DNA of 64,000 nucleotides from Candidatus Moraniibacteriota bacterium (lineage in GTDB: Bacteria; Patescibacteriota; Minisyncoccia; Moranbacterales; GCA-2747515), in contig CALNYG010000004.1 in the NCBI GenBank assembly GCA_942490825.1, forward strand, positions 52,888-116,887. The letters are read 5' to 3'. Positions within the stretch are counted from its first letter, which is position 1, and every line of letters begins with the position of its first letter. A model generated the notes under the pieces. It did not search any database. It had not been told where the DNA came from and was given only the letters and a program-made list of their open reading frames with translations. Positions 54,762-64,000 of the stretch are shown here, piece by piece. Made by a program: the position numbers and the translations under genes.

Positions 54762-55937
54762 TTAGAAATTTACATCAAGTTCGATTTCTTCCCCGTTTCG
54801 TAATAACTTCAATTTAGCCACATCACCTTTTTTATAATTTAATAAAACTTTAGATAATGGATTTTTAACATCAACTTTATATTCATCAACTTGAATAATT
54901 ATATCTTTATCCTTAACACCCATTTCCTTCGCCAAATTTTTCAATGTATTTTTGACTTCAGTATCATCAATAAAATAATTTACTTGAACTCCAGTGCCAG
55001 TATCACTCTTATTTTTAAATAAAGATTTACAAGAAAATCCTAATTTAATTCTTTCATTATTTTCCTCTTTGACATTTTCAATACCCTCAATATTCATCTC
55101 TTCACTTTCTATTTTCTGATCACCTTTTTCTAAAAATCTTTCAAAAGAATCTTTAACATCATTGGAAGCAATCAAAAAATACTCGTCCTTATAATTTTTT
55201 GCGAGCATCCCAACCATCTCACCATTAAAATCTATCATTGGACCGCCTAATCCATATTCTAAAGCCTCTCCATTAAAATCAACTCGAAATGCACCTTCTA
55301 AATAATCGCAACTTGGTTGTTTATATTGAGAAGAATAATCACGTCCAGAAAGAATTCCTAAAGTGAAAAAGGCTTGCTCTGACATTTCTTCTCTATAAAT
55401 ACTGATCAATTTTCTTCCAGAAATTGCATCCGAAGAATTAGCAAATGATACAACAGTTAAGTCATCTTTTCCTTCAACACGTAAAAAAATGATTCCACTA
55501 AAGTCATCTTTATAAACTTGTTTAGCCTCATGAACTGAACCATCAAAAAAACTTATTTTATATCCCTCTACACTTTTATTTTTGAAAATACTTTCATGAA
55601 TAGCAATAATTCCATCACTGCTTATTACAATCCCATTCCCCTTATTTGTATTTAATAACTTATCAGAAGAAACTGGTAAATTTTCTTCAACATAAACCAC
55701 TCCCGCAGACTCTTGAGCAGAGATCGTTGAAATAGATTCATTATCTTTTATGATTGTCTCTTTTGTGTGTTCTGTAACAACCACTTTACTTGATAAAGCT
55801 TTAATAGTTTCATTGTCTGAAAAAACAGGATTTGTAACTAGCTTCGAATATACTATGTAGTTAACAAACAAAGAGCCGAGACCTCCGATACAAAAAAGTC
55901 CCAAAACAACTAAAAATATCCTGATTGATTTTTTCAT
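54762..55937 (-). CDS. HtrA/DegP-like trypsin-fold plus PDZ protein lacking the catalytic Ser
   Basis: GNGIVISSDGIIAIHESIF (His region) and YGLGGPMIDFNGEMVGM where GNSGGP is expected. C-terminal PDZ-like GVKDKDIIIQVDEYKV. Confidence 0.6.
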   Translation of the reverse strand: MKKSIRIFLVVLGLFCIGGLGSLFVNYIVYSKLVTNPVFSDNETIKALSSKVVVTEHTKETIIKDNESISTISAQESAGVVYVEENLPVSSDKLLNTNKGNGIVISSDGIIAIHESIFKNKSVEGYKISFFDGSVHEAKQVYKDDFSGIIFLRVEGKDDLTVVSFANSSDAISGRKLISIYREEMSEQAFFTLGILSGRDYSSQYKQPSCDYLEGAFRVDFNGEALEYGLGGPMIDFNGEMVGMLAKNYKDEYFLIASNDVKDSFERFLEKGDQKIESEEMNIEGIENVKEENNERIKLGFSCKSLFKNKSDTGTGVQVNYFIDDTEVKNTLKNLAKEMGVKDKDIIIQVDEYKVDVKNPLSKVLLNYKKGDVAKLKLLRNGEEIELDVNF

Positions 55938-56099
55938 AAGACGTTGATATATTATTTAAATTTGATAATTTTTCATTATATATATTTTAACATATGCAAA
56001 AACTTTATACCACCCCCATTTAAAACTTAAACATATTAAAATTATATATATCTAAAATTAGTTGAAATAAAACACGACCAACAAAAAATAATTTAGCTA

Positions 56100-56128
56100 T
56101 TGACTTTAATTTAAATTTGGTGTAGTAT
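56100..56128 (+). promoter_or_regulatory. sigma70-type promoter candidate for the RRM gene
   Basis: TTGACT, a 17-nt spacer, then TAGTAT with an upstream TG. About 150 nt of leader follow. Confidence 0.5.
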
Positions 56129-56280
56129 TAAAAAAGTAAGAATAAGTGTTCTCAGGGTATCAAATGTTTCTCAAGTAAGTATTTAACGTGTTTTATGCAT
56201 TGTTTAAACGCTAAGTGTGAAATTAAGTTATTAGAGAAGGTCGCCTTATTACTGCACAAGTAATTAGTTTAAATAAATGT

Positions 56281-56550
56281 ATGGCACAAAAATTATACGT
56301 AGGTGGATTACCTTATACTACAACAGAAGAAGATCTTACAGATGCTTTTTCTAAAGCAGGAACAGTTGAGTCAGCTATTATCATCATGGATAGAGCTACT
56401 GGACGTTCAAAAGGTTTTGGTTTTGTTGAGATGTCTTCTGAAGACGAAGCTCAAGCTGCAATCGAAATGTACAATGAAAAAGATTTCGGTGGTAGAAACT
56501 TGACTGTTAACGAAGCTCGTCCACTTGAGGAACGACCTCGAAGAGACTAG
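56281..56550 (+). CDS. RRM-type RNA-binding protein
   Basis: RNP2 motif KLYVGGL and RNP1 motif KGFGFVEM. Confidence 0.9.
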   Translation: MAQKLYVGGLPYTTTEEDLTDAFSKAGTVESAIIIMDRATGRSKGFGFVEMSSEDEAQAAIEMYNEKDFGGRNLTVNEARPLEERPRRD

Positions 56551-56572
56551 TCTTTTAGTTTTCTGAAAATTT

Positions 56573-56603
56573 AAAAAGCAACATCGAAAGATGTTGCTTT
56601 TTT
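56573..56603 (+). terminator. intrinsic terminator
   Basis: aaaaagcaacatc-gaaa-gatgttgctttttt. Confidence 0.75.
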
Positions 56604-56645
56604 GTTTTCAAAACCTAAAGTTTATTTTAAAAAAATAAACTTTCA

Positions 56646-59102
56646 TTAACCCATATCCTCTTTCATAAAATAAATACGATCCCCTCGATGAATATTACCT
56701 GCAATAATCTTTTTAGCTAAAGAGTCAGAAATATTTTTTTGAATATAATGAATCAATGATCTCGCTCCAAAATCCTGATCAAAACCACAATTAATAATTT
56801 TTTTAACAACAGCCTTATCAAAAGAAATTTCTATATGTTTTTCTTTTTTAAATTGTTCAGTAAATTTATTTAACATAATTTCAACAATTTGAGGAAGTTC
56901 TTTTTCTGTCAAAGGATGGAAAATTACTACCTCATCAAAACGTCCAATAAATTCTGGACGGAAATCATTCTGTTCAACAATGTTATCAATAATCTCTTTC
57001 TTAGCGTTATTTAGATTAACGCCCTGATCAACTAACCTCTTAATATGCAAAGCACCGGAGTTAGATGTGGCAATAATAATCATAGTATTAAAATTAACTC
57101 GCCTACCAAAAGCATCATGTACAAAACCCTCATCTAAAATTTGCAAGAAGATGTCTAAGACTTTTGAATTAGCTTTTTCAATTTCATCAAGTAGCAGTAA
57201 AGTATATGGGTGTTCTTTAGCTGCCTTAATCAAACTTCCCTGTTGATTATTCTCTTTAGACCCTATTAATCTATCTAAAGCATCTTCGCCTTGAAATTCG
57301 CTCATATCCATTCTGATCATCTTATTTTCATCTCCAAAATACTGATCAGCTAATACTTTAGCTGTCTCAGTTTTACCGACACCAGTCGGACCTAAAAATA
57401 AAAAACTTCCCGCTGGCTTTTTCGGATTACCCACCCCACTTCTCATTCTTCTCACTGCTGAAACCACGGCATTAACCGCCATCTCTTGACCAATAACGCG
57501 TTGACGAAAATAATCTTCAAGCGAAAGTAATTTCTCCCGCTCCTCATTAGATACTCTTCCAACTGGCACTCCTGTTTTTTGACTGGTAAAAATATTAACT
57601 GTTTCAGCTGTAATAAATCTTTGCGAACCACTTTTCTTCCAAAAACTTAAAACTTCATTAGCTAAATTAATAGCTCGTAAAGGAAGTGGTGAATCATTTG
57701 TATAACGCTCTGAATTAATAATAATCTGTCGTAAGGCTTGAAAGGTAAAAGGAGTGTGTTTATCGCCATAAAAATAATTAAATAAAACTTTTATTGTTTC
57801 ATCTTCATTCATCTCATCAACATGAATTACTTCAAAATTTCTCATTAAAGATTTATTCACTTCAATTTTTTCACCAAAAGAATATTCAGTTGTTACACCA
57901 ATAATTCTAACAGTTGGCAGTGGCGCGTATTTATTAATAAAACTAGCAAATGAAAAATTATCTTTTCCCCTTTCCAAATACTTATCAATATTATCAATAA
58001 TCAAAATCACATTACCAGCATAAGCCGCTTCATGAAAGAGATTATGTACAAAATTTTCTGGATCGATACCTAAATCTCTAGCCTGAGAAATTGCTTCACT
58101 AAAATCACATTTAAGAACTCGACTATTCATAAAATTGGATCCATCATATTCACCATTGCGAATTCGACGTGCAAATTCATGCATTAACATATGACGACCT
58201 GATCCTGGTACACCTGTAATAACCACGTTATTCTCTTGCATTCGACTTAAAACAGTTTCTAAAATACTGATTTCTTCCTTATATCCAACAAAAGGAAATT
58301 TAGAATAAGGGCTATTATCAAATTTTGAAAAATCATGAGCTAATTTATTTAATTGACTAGTGAAACCAAACTGCCAATATAAACCGATCGGTCTAATTTT
58401 CATCAATTCTTTTTTTAAGAAAGTTCTTTTCTTGTCTTCACGTTCTAATTGTCTATCAATTTCCCAAGCGATAATTTTTTCACACTCCTCCACTGTTACA
58501 TCTAGTTCTATTAAGAACTTTTTAAATTCATTAAAGTTGCCCAAAACATTCTTTGGAACTTCATCTCTTTGCACACCTAGCCGCTCATATATTCGATAAA
58601 ACCATTTTAGCTTATTGAGTTGTGCAATATTCATTCGACGATATCGAATATGATTGAAAGTCTTAAATTTACTATAAATTATAATTAAAAATACTAATTG
58701 AAAAAATAAAATACTTAATCCAATATAAATCAAATTAGAGAAACAGAAAACCGTCGCTACAATAAAGATGCCTGTAAAAGTAAAATAAACAAAAATGATT
58801 AACAAACTAAAAATAAAAATTATAACAAAAAAAACCACTCCAACAGCTAAAACAATTAATCTCACAATCATCCCAACAAATCTTGAAAAAAGATTCCAAA
58901 TCAAGCGTTGCGCAGTTCGAGAAAAACTAAATCCTTGCCAATTTTTTAATGAAACATCTTTATGCCAAGAATAGAAAAGCGTCTTCAACAAAGTTTTCAT
59001 TGAAAAAAAGTGTGGAATAAATTCAAGCAAATTCATAAGTGCCTGAAAAAGATTTTTTAAACCATTAGAATAATACCAAGTAAAAAAAGTTTTTTTATGC
59101 AT
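56646..59102 (-). CDS. membrane-anchored Clp/Hsp100-like AAA+ protein (degenerate D1, intact D2)
   Basis: About 150 aa of N-terminal TM helices. D1 has GVPGSGRH and IIDNID. D2 has GPTGVGKTE and LLLDEIEKA. Confidence 0.75.
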   Translation of the reverse strand: MHKKTFFTWYYSNGLKNLFQALMNLLEFIPHFFSMKTLLKTLFYSWHKDVSLKNWQGFSFSRTAQRLIWNLFSRFVGMIVRLIVLAVGVVFFVIIFIFSLLIIFVYFTFTGIFIVATVFCFSNLIYIGLSILFFQLVFLIIIYSKFKTFNHIRYRRMNIAQLNKLKWFYRIYERLGVQRDEVPKNVLGNFNEFKKFLIELDVTVEECEKIIAWEIDRQLEREDKKRTFLKKELMKIRPIGLYWQFGFTSQLNKLAHDFSKFDNSPYSKFPFVGYKEEISILETVLSRMQENNVVITGVPGSGRHMLMHEFARRIRNGEYDGSNFMNSRVLKCDFSEAISQARDLGIDPENFVHNLFHEAAYAGNVILIIDNIDKYLERGKDNFSFASFINKYAPLPTVRIIGVTTEYSFGEKIEVNKSLMRNFEVIHVDEMNEDETIKVLFNYFYGDKHTPFTFQALRQIIINSERYTNDSPLPLRAINLANEVLSFWKKSGSQRFITAETVNIFTSQKTGVPVGRVSNEEREKLLSLEDYFRQRVIGQEMAVNAVVSAVRRMRSGVGNPKKPAGSFLFLGPTGVGKTETAKVLADQYFGDENKMIRMDMSEFQGEDALDRLIGSKENNQQGSLIKAAKEHPYTLLLLDEIEKANSKVLDIFLQILDEGFVHDAFGRRVNFNTMIIIATSNSGALHIKRLVDQGVNLNNAKKEIIDNIVEQNDFRPEFIGRFDEVVIFHPLTEKELPQIVEIMLNKFTEQFKKEKHIEISFDKAVVKKIINCGFDQDFGARSLIHYIQKNISDSLAKKIIAGNIHRGDRIYFMKEDMG

Positions 59103-59152
59103 TTTATTTTAATTTTATTTTTAAATCTATTTTATTTTAACATAAAAATATC

Positions 59153-60739
59153 TTAACCTCTCATCACATCTTCTACAAACATTCTATGCTCTTTAAAGTT
59201 TTGATACGATATATTAATTTTCTTTTTAGTAAATTTATCTACCATCTCAGCAGTGACAAAACCCCTCGATCCATCCTTCTCCCAAAAATCCAAAACCTCT
59301 TTAGCTAAATTAATAGCTCTCAATGGTAATGGTGTGTTCACCATATATTTGCCTGAATTAATAATAATCTGTCGTAAAGCTTGAAAAGTAAAAGGTGTAT
59401 GCTTATCGCCATAAAAATAATTAAATAAAACTTGTAAAGTCTCGTCCTCATTCATCGTACCAACATTAAGCAATTCAAAATAGTCCGATAATTCATTTGT
59501 TAAATTGATATTTTTTTCTAAAAATAAATCATCTGTAACTATTATAATTCTAAAAAAAGGAAGTGATGCGTATTTATTAATTAATTTCGTCAAAGAAAAA
59601 TTGTAATCTGGATTATCAAAATACATCTCAAATTTTCTAATAACCAAAATAATATTTCCCGCACAAGCTGTCTCATAAAAAATTTGTTCTAAAAAATTTT
59701 CTACATCAAAACCTTTATTTTCTGCCTTGATCACAGCCTCATTTAAATAAAATGTTATTATTCTACTTTTTATAAAATTACTAGAGTCATACTCACCCTC
59801 TCTAATTCTACGAGCAAATTCATGCGTTAACATTCTACGTCCAGAACCAGATTCACCCGAAATAATAACATTATTTTTATTTTTCCTAATTAAAACATTT
59901 TCCAATACATCCATTTCTTCCTGATAACCAACAAAAGGATATCTTGAATAAGAACTATCATCAGTCTTTGTCAGTTCTTTAGAGAAATTGTTTATTTTAA
60001 AAGTTTTACCAAAGGCCCAATTCAAACCTATTGGTCTAATTTTCATTAATCTATTTTTTGAGAAAAATTTCTTTTTTTCTTCTCTTTCTAATTGTCTGTC
60101 AATTTCCCAAAAGATAGTTTTTTCACATTCGTCCAGTGTAACGCCTAAACCATCTATAAACTTTAAAAATTCTTGATAATTTCCCAATACCCTTTTAGGC
60201 ACTGAGTTTTTTCTAACTCCCAACCTATTATAGATTCTATAAAACCAATCTAATTTATTCAACTCAACTATATTTACCTTTTGATAGTCAACATGATCAA
60301 ATTTTTTAAATCTATTAATCGAAATAATCAAAAAAATTATTTGAAAAAATAAAATTATTAAACCTACATAAAAAAGATTGGAAAATAAAAAAGCAATCAT
60401 CACCAACAAAATGCCTGGAAAAGCAAAATAAAAAAAGATAATCAATATGCCTAACACAAATACAATAATCCAAGATAATAATCCCAGAAATAAAGTGGCA
60501 GATCTAACAAAAAATCCAAATATTCTTAAAAAAAATCTACCACTAGTTTTAAGACAACTTACAGCAAAAGATTTTTTACCCTCCAAAACAACCTTTCCTC
60601 GCCACGGATAAAATAAAGTTTGAATTAATAAACTTATTGAAAAAAATCTAGGTAAAAAATGTAACAAATTAGCAAATGTTCTAAAAAGAGCTTTTAAGCC
60701 ATTCGAGTAATACCAAGTTATAAAATTTTCTTTATGCAT
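59153..60739 (-). CDS. truncated paralog of 56646..59102 (TM region plus degenerate D1 only)
   Basis: Colinear with the downstream gene through MNEDET..VLFNYFYGDKHTPFTFQALRQIIINS. It ends at the D1-D2 linker. Walker A is GESGSGRR. Confidence 0.7.
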   Translation of the reverse strand: MHKENFITWYYSNGLKALFRTFANLLHFLPRFFSISLLIQTLFYPWRGKVVLEGKKSFAVSCLKTSGRFFLRIFGFFVRSATLFLGLLSWIIVFVLGILIIFFYFAFPGILLVMIAFLFSNLFYVGLIILFFQIIFLIISINRFKKFDHVDYQKVNIVELNKLDWFYRIYNRLGVRKNSVPKRVLGNYQEFLKFIDGLGVTLDECEKTIFWEIDRQLEREEKKKFFSKNRLMKIRPIGLNWAFGKTFKINNFSKELTKTDDSSYSRYPFVGYQEEMDVLENVLIRKNKNNVIISGESGSGRRMLTHEFARRIREGEYDSSNFIKSRIITFYLNEAVIKAENKGFDVENFLEQIFYETACAGNIILVIRKFEMYFDNPDYNFSLTKLINKYASLPFFRIIIVTDDLFLEKNINLTNELSDYFELLNVGTMNEDETLQVLFNYFYGDKHTPFTFQALRQIIINSGKYMVNTPLPLRAINLAKEVLDFWEKDGSRGFVTAEMVDKFTKKKINISYQNFKEHRMFVEDVMRG

Positions 60740-60865
60740 AATTTAAAGTATTACATATATCTTAACACAAAAATAAAATGTCAGATATAATAAAAAGAGC
60801 TGACATCTTTGGCAACTCCTAAAAACCAGTGTAGAATTAAATCATTATCAATTTAAATTTAAAAT

Positions 60866-61435
60866 ATGATTGGCTTTTTAAAAGGTAAAGTTATAATGAA
60901 AAAAAATAATAGTATAATTATTAACGTAAATAATGTTGGTTACAAAATTAACGTGAATGATTATATTTTTGAAAAAATTAATATCGAGCAAGAAATTTCA
61001 CTATATATTTACACTCATGTTCGTGAACAAGAAATTTCACTCTATGGTTTTTTAACTGAAAAAGATCAACAAATGTTTGAATTATTAATTTCTGTTTCTG
61101 GAATTGGACCGAAAGCTGCTTTGAAGTTATTATCAATTGCTGACATCAAATCAATTAAGACTGCTATTGTTAATAGAGATATTTCTATACTAACTCAAGT
61201 TTCTGGAGTTGGAAAGAAGACAGCTGAAAAAGTTGTAATTGAACTATCCGGAAAAGTAGATAGTATAGACATTGAAACTGATCCTGGTAATTCTGATGTT
61301 GACGTAATTAACGCTTTAAAATCAATGGGTTATTCCATTTCTGAATCTCGAGATGCGCTTGGTGAAGTTCCAAAAGATATCACTGACACTAGTGAACGAG
61401 TTCGATTAGCTTTAAAATTTATTGGAAAAAAATAA
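60866..61435 (+). CDS. ruvA: Holliday junction branch migration complex subunit RuvA
   Basis: MIGFLKGKV, the helix-hairpin-helix motifs VSGIGPKAALKLL and VSGVGKKTAEKV, and a C-terminal domain III. Confidence 0.9.
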   Translation: MIGFLKGKVIMKKNNSIIINVNNVGYKINVNDYIFEKINIEQEISLYIYTHVREQEISLYGFLTEKDQQMFELLISVSGIGPKAALKLLSIADIKSIKTAIVNRDISILTQVSGVGKKTAEKVVIELSGKVDSIDIETDPGNSDVDVINALKSMGYSISESRDALGEVPKDITDTSERVRLALKFIGKK

Positions 61436-61487
61436 AATTAATTTATTTTGTTGAAAATAAATGTTAACCCTGCTTTTAAATATATAT

Positions 61488-63221
61488 TTAATTATCCAAC
61501 TGAACCCAAGAAGTTCCGTTATATCCGTAAAAATGGTTATCGGTTGAATTGTAATAAATACCGCCTTCGATTCCAGTTGGAGCGGAAGAAGAAGTTCCTT
61601 GGACAACAACTCCTTTTAGGTGTGTTTCTGTTATTGAGTTATTTCCTAAAGTAGCTGTATTATCACCATTACCTTCAGCATCATACCCAATAACAATTTC
61701 ATTTGTTACAATTGAAGATTCACCAGTTGTATATGCACCTAAATATAAAGAGTCAGAAGTATTACTTAAAGATCCGCCTGCATTAGTATTTCTCCCAGCA
61801 ATTGTGCCCAAAAAAGTAGAATTTGCAGCATCTGAATATCTTCCAGCACTATAACCAATAGCTGTTACATCTGCAGCACTGGCATTTTGAGCTGCCTGAG
61901 CACCAATAATAGTTGCATGAGGGTTAGAACCTATATATCTACCAGCACCTAATCCACCAATTATCACACCTCCGTAACCAGTTGAGCCTATTGCACTAGA
62001 ATCTCCGATAAGGATAGTGGCTGATGACGGGCGTCCAATGTAGGTATTATCAATATAAATATGATTTAATGCTGTTAAACTTTCTGTATCAATTTGAGAA
62101 GCACCATTAACGCTAATCCAACCGTCATTTCGAATACTAAATAAATTACTATCAGAGCTATTATCAACTTTTAAAGCATAAGCTGTGTCATCAGAAGTAG
62201 AGCCTTTAACATGAATTCGAGCATTTGGAGTTGATTGCCCTATTCCCAACCTATTTTCACCATCATCCCAAAACAAATTACCATTATCCTCAGTAACCCC
62301 TGAACTTGAAGTAAACAAAAGTGAACCTTCTGTATATGAATTAATCGTATCTGTTAAATTTAGAAAATTAGTTGAATGAGGATTAGCTGTATCTGAAGTA
62401 TGTGTGCTTATTGTAGTTGAATCATCTAAATCATCTAAATTTATAGTGTTTCCATCTGAAATTGAAAGTTCATTATTAATTAAATTGTAAGATAGCTCTT
62501 GTTTTAAATCATCTAAATCTACAGTATTTCCATTCGAAATTGAAAGTTCGCCATTACTTTCATTAAAATCTAAATCTTGTTTTAAATCTGATAAGTCTAC
62601 ATCATTACCATTCGAAATAGATAATGTATCATTATTAAAACTTAAAGTTTGTTCATCATCATCAATATCTTCTTCACAAATAAATTCATTACCATTCCAG
62701 ATTAATTTTTCTATTGAACTGCAAGTTGGTGATTCTATTGAAAGTTTGTCATTACTATCTATTTCTAATCCATTTTCTGTTGTTATGCTCTTCCCCGCAT
62801 CTCCACAAGCCCATTGATCATCATCCCAAATTAGAGTTTTGTTATCTTCTTTACATTCCAAACTTCCCGAACTATTTACTTTTACGTTGTTTTTATCTAG
62901 TTCTCCAAAAACTGCACTTGTTGGCTTTTTACATTCCCACATTTTTAATCCTCCATGCCATTGTAAAATTCTATCATCTTCAATACATTCTATTTTTCCG
63001 TCTTGTTGTTTAATTGTGTTGGTATCAAAATTTAAAGATATATTACTAGCTGTTCCCACGCCTGTGCTGGCGAAAGTTTTATAAAGCAAAATTAAAACTA
63101 CAATAACTGCAATAGTTAATGTTATTTTGAAAAATTTGGATTTTTTGGGTTCCGGAGTTTTTTGAGAGAAAAGTTTTTGAGCATTTCTGCTTGATTGGCT
63201 TTGTGAAGATGCCTGATTCAT
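61488..63221 (-). CDS. secreted repeat-containing adhesin/tail-fiber-like protein
   Basis: N-terminal TM helix; three C..L.W.g..W.C modules; three LSISNGN(D/T)VDL(S/D)DLKQ(D/E)L repeats; Gly/Ala-rich AIGYSAGR-type repeats; C-terminal FYGYNGTSWVQL. Confidence 0.6.
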   Translation of the reverse strand: MNQASSQSQSSRNAQKLFSQKTPEPKKSKFFKITLTIAVIVVLILLYKTFASTGVGTASNISLNFDTNTIKQQDGKIECIEDDRILQWHGGLKMWECKKPTSAVFGELDKNNVKVNSSGSLECKEDNKTLIWDDDQWACGDAGKSITTENGLEIDSNDKLSIESPTCSSIEKLIWNGNEFICEEDIDDDEQTLSFNNDTLSISNGNDVDLSDLKQDLDFNESNGELSISNGNTVDLDDLKQELSYNLINNELSISDGNTINLDDLDDSTTISTHTSDTANPHSTNFLNLTDTINSYTEGSLLFTSSSGVTEDNGNLFWDDGENRLGIGQSTPNARIHVKGSTSDDTAYALKVDNSSDSNLFSIRNDGWISVNGASQIDTESLTALNHIYIDNTYIGRPSSATILIGDSSAIGSTGYGGVIIGGLGAGRYIGSNPHATIIGAQAAQNASAADVTAIGYSAGRYSDAANSTFLGTIAGRNTNAGGSLSNTSDSLYLGAYTTGESSIVTNEIVIGYDAEGNGDNTATLGNNSITETHLKGVVVQGTSSSAPTGIEGGIYYNSTDNHFYGYNGTSWVQLDN

Positions 63222-63264
63222 AGCATTTTTATTTTAAAATAAGAACTGATTTTTATATTTTTTT

Positions 63265-64000
63265 GGTATTGCTACTCAAATATAGAAATAGCAATTTCTC
63301 TGTGCATGAATAGCAAGATTGTATATTCAACCATTTCAATACTTTTAGAATAACAATGAGTTTTCCTATGAAATCTTGCTATATAATGTCTTAATTGATT
63401 ATTCATTCCTTCAACTGTAAAAGTCTCTGCTTTTGTTTGAATGTGCTTATCTTTTGGTAAAAATTTTTTATAAACATCCCAATGATCTGAACAGTATTTA
63501 TCGCAATCAATTTTTTTGATTTTGTCCCATAATTTTCTTCCAGTTTTTTCACCTCTTGTCCCTATCACGAAATCAATTATTATTTTACTAGATCTATCAA
63601 CTGCAAGCCAAATCCAGGCTTTTTTCTTTTTTTTAACACAAAATGCCACATTTCATCTAATTCCATTTTTTCTATTTTCCAATATTTTACTTCTTTTTTA
63701 CTTTTTAAAATATTCCTTAATTTTTTAGTTGCTTTTTTTACCCATCTTAATATACTAACGTTACTAACTTTCAGTATTCTTCCTATTGATCTAAATCCTA
63801 GTCCCTCTAAATACATTTCAATTGCTTTTTTTTCTTAATTTCTTTAGGTTTTCCTCTTTTTGTAAATCTAGAAAAGTTATAGCTACATTCTTTACATAGA
63901 TATCTTTGTTTTTTATTTACTTTACCATTTTTAACATAATTCTTATTATTGCAATGAGGGCATTTAATTTTCATTTTTTTGTTTTTAGGTATTTAATTAC
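63265..64000 (-). mobile_element. IS1-family insertion sequence, copy B (runs off the window)
   Basis: Same end ggtattgctactc as copy A, and colinear with it to the window edge. It begins 43 nt upstream of the adhesin start. Confidence 0.85.
63272..63974 (-). pseudogene. IS1 InsA/InsB reading frames of copy B, with frame changes at homopolymer runs
   Basis: ATG at 63974. A T8 run (versus T6 in copy A) breaks InsA. An A AAA AAG heptamer lies in frame before AWIWLAVDRSS. Confidence 0.7.

Noticed and set aside
1-64000. Alternative genetic code (UGA reassignment, as in some CPR lineages)
   Set aside because: Conserved genes are full length under the standard code. TGA, TAA and TAG all terminate ORFs at the expected ends; for example, TGA ends the 50687 gene and TAG ends thrS.

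Overview
This is an AT-rich, gene-dense window with mostly minus-strand genes and standard stop codon usage. It looks like a small-genome, Patescibacteria/CPR-like bacterium; that assignment is an inference from gene content, not a database result.

Housekeeping genes I recognise:
- Aminoacyl-tRNA and tRNA functions: pheS, cysS, thrS, serS, gatB, miaA and a YbaK-type editing protein.
- Ribosome and transcription: secE-nusG-rplK-rplA.
- DNA functions: ruvA, priA and a UvrD-nuclease fusion.
- Isoprenoid synthesis: uppS and a polyprenyl synthase.
- A pyrimidine deoxynucleotide cluster: dcd, thyX-like, tmk, MazG, two dNMP-kinase-like genes and a GNAT.
- A four-gene type IV pilin operon.

The accessory content is unusually rich for such a genome.
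1. Two nearly identical minimal T-box leaders sit upstream of cysS and thrS. Their Stem I is reduced to a K-turn plus a terminal specifier loop. The two loops differ essentially by the codon, UGC versus ACU.
2. There are at least four families of small repeats:
   - a nested-hairpin element with GTCAT...ATGAC termini (7 copies);
   - a GC-rich 17-mer, GTGCTCGCCGCACGGGC (10 copies);
   - a covarying hairpin element;
   - a 36-nt perfect palindrome inserted in frame into miaA and into a Y1/HUH (RAYT/IS200-like) transposase gene.
3. There are five insertion-sequence (IS) copies: one ISL3, one IS1202-like, one IS256-like, and two IS1-family copies. One IS1 copy is nested inside the IS256-like element, which in turn sits inside a small secreted-protein gene.
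4. Several enzymes show degenerate catalytic motifs: PriA lacks Walker A/B, a tandem pair of membrane-anchored Clp-like AAA+ proteins has a degenerate first ATPase domain (D1), and an HtrA-like protein lacks the catalytic Ser.
5. There are relics of dUTPase and a frameshifted rodA/ftsW.

My best candidates for something genuinely new are the minimal T-box pair and the hairpin-repeat / HUH-transposase network. All functional calls rest on motifs read by eye from the translations.
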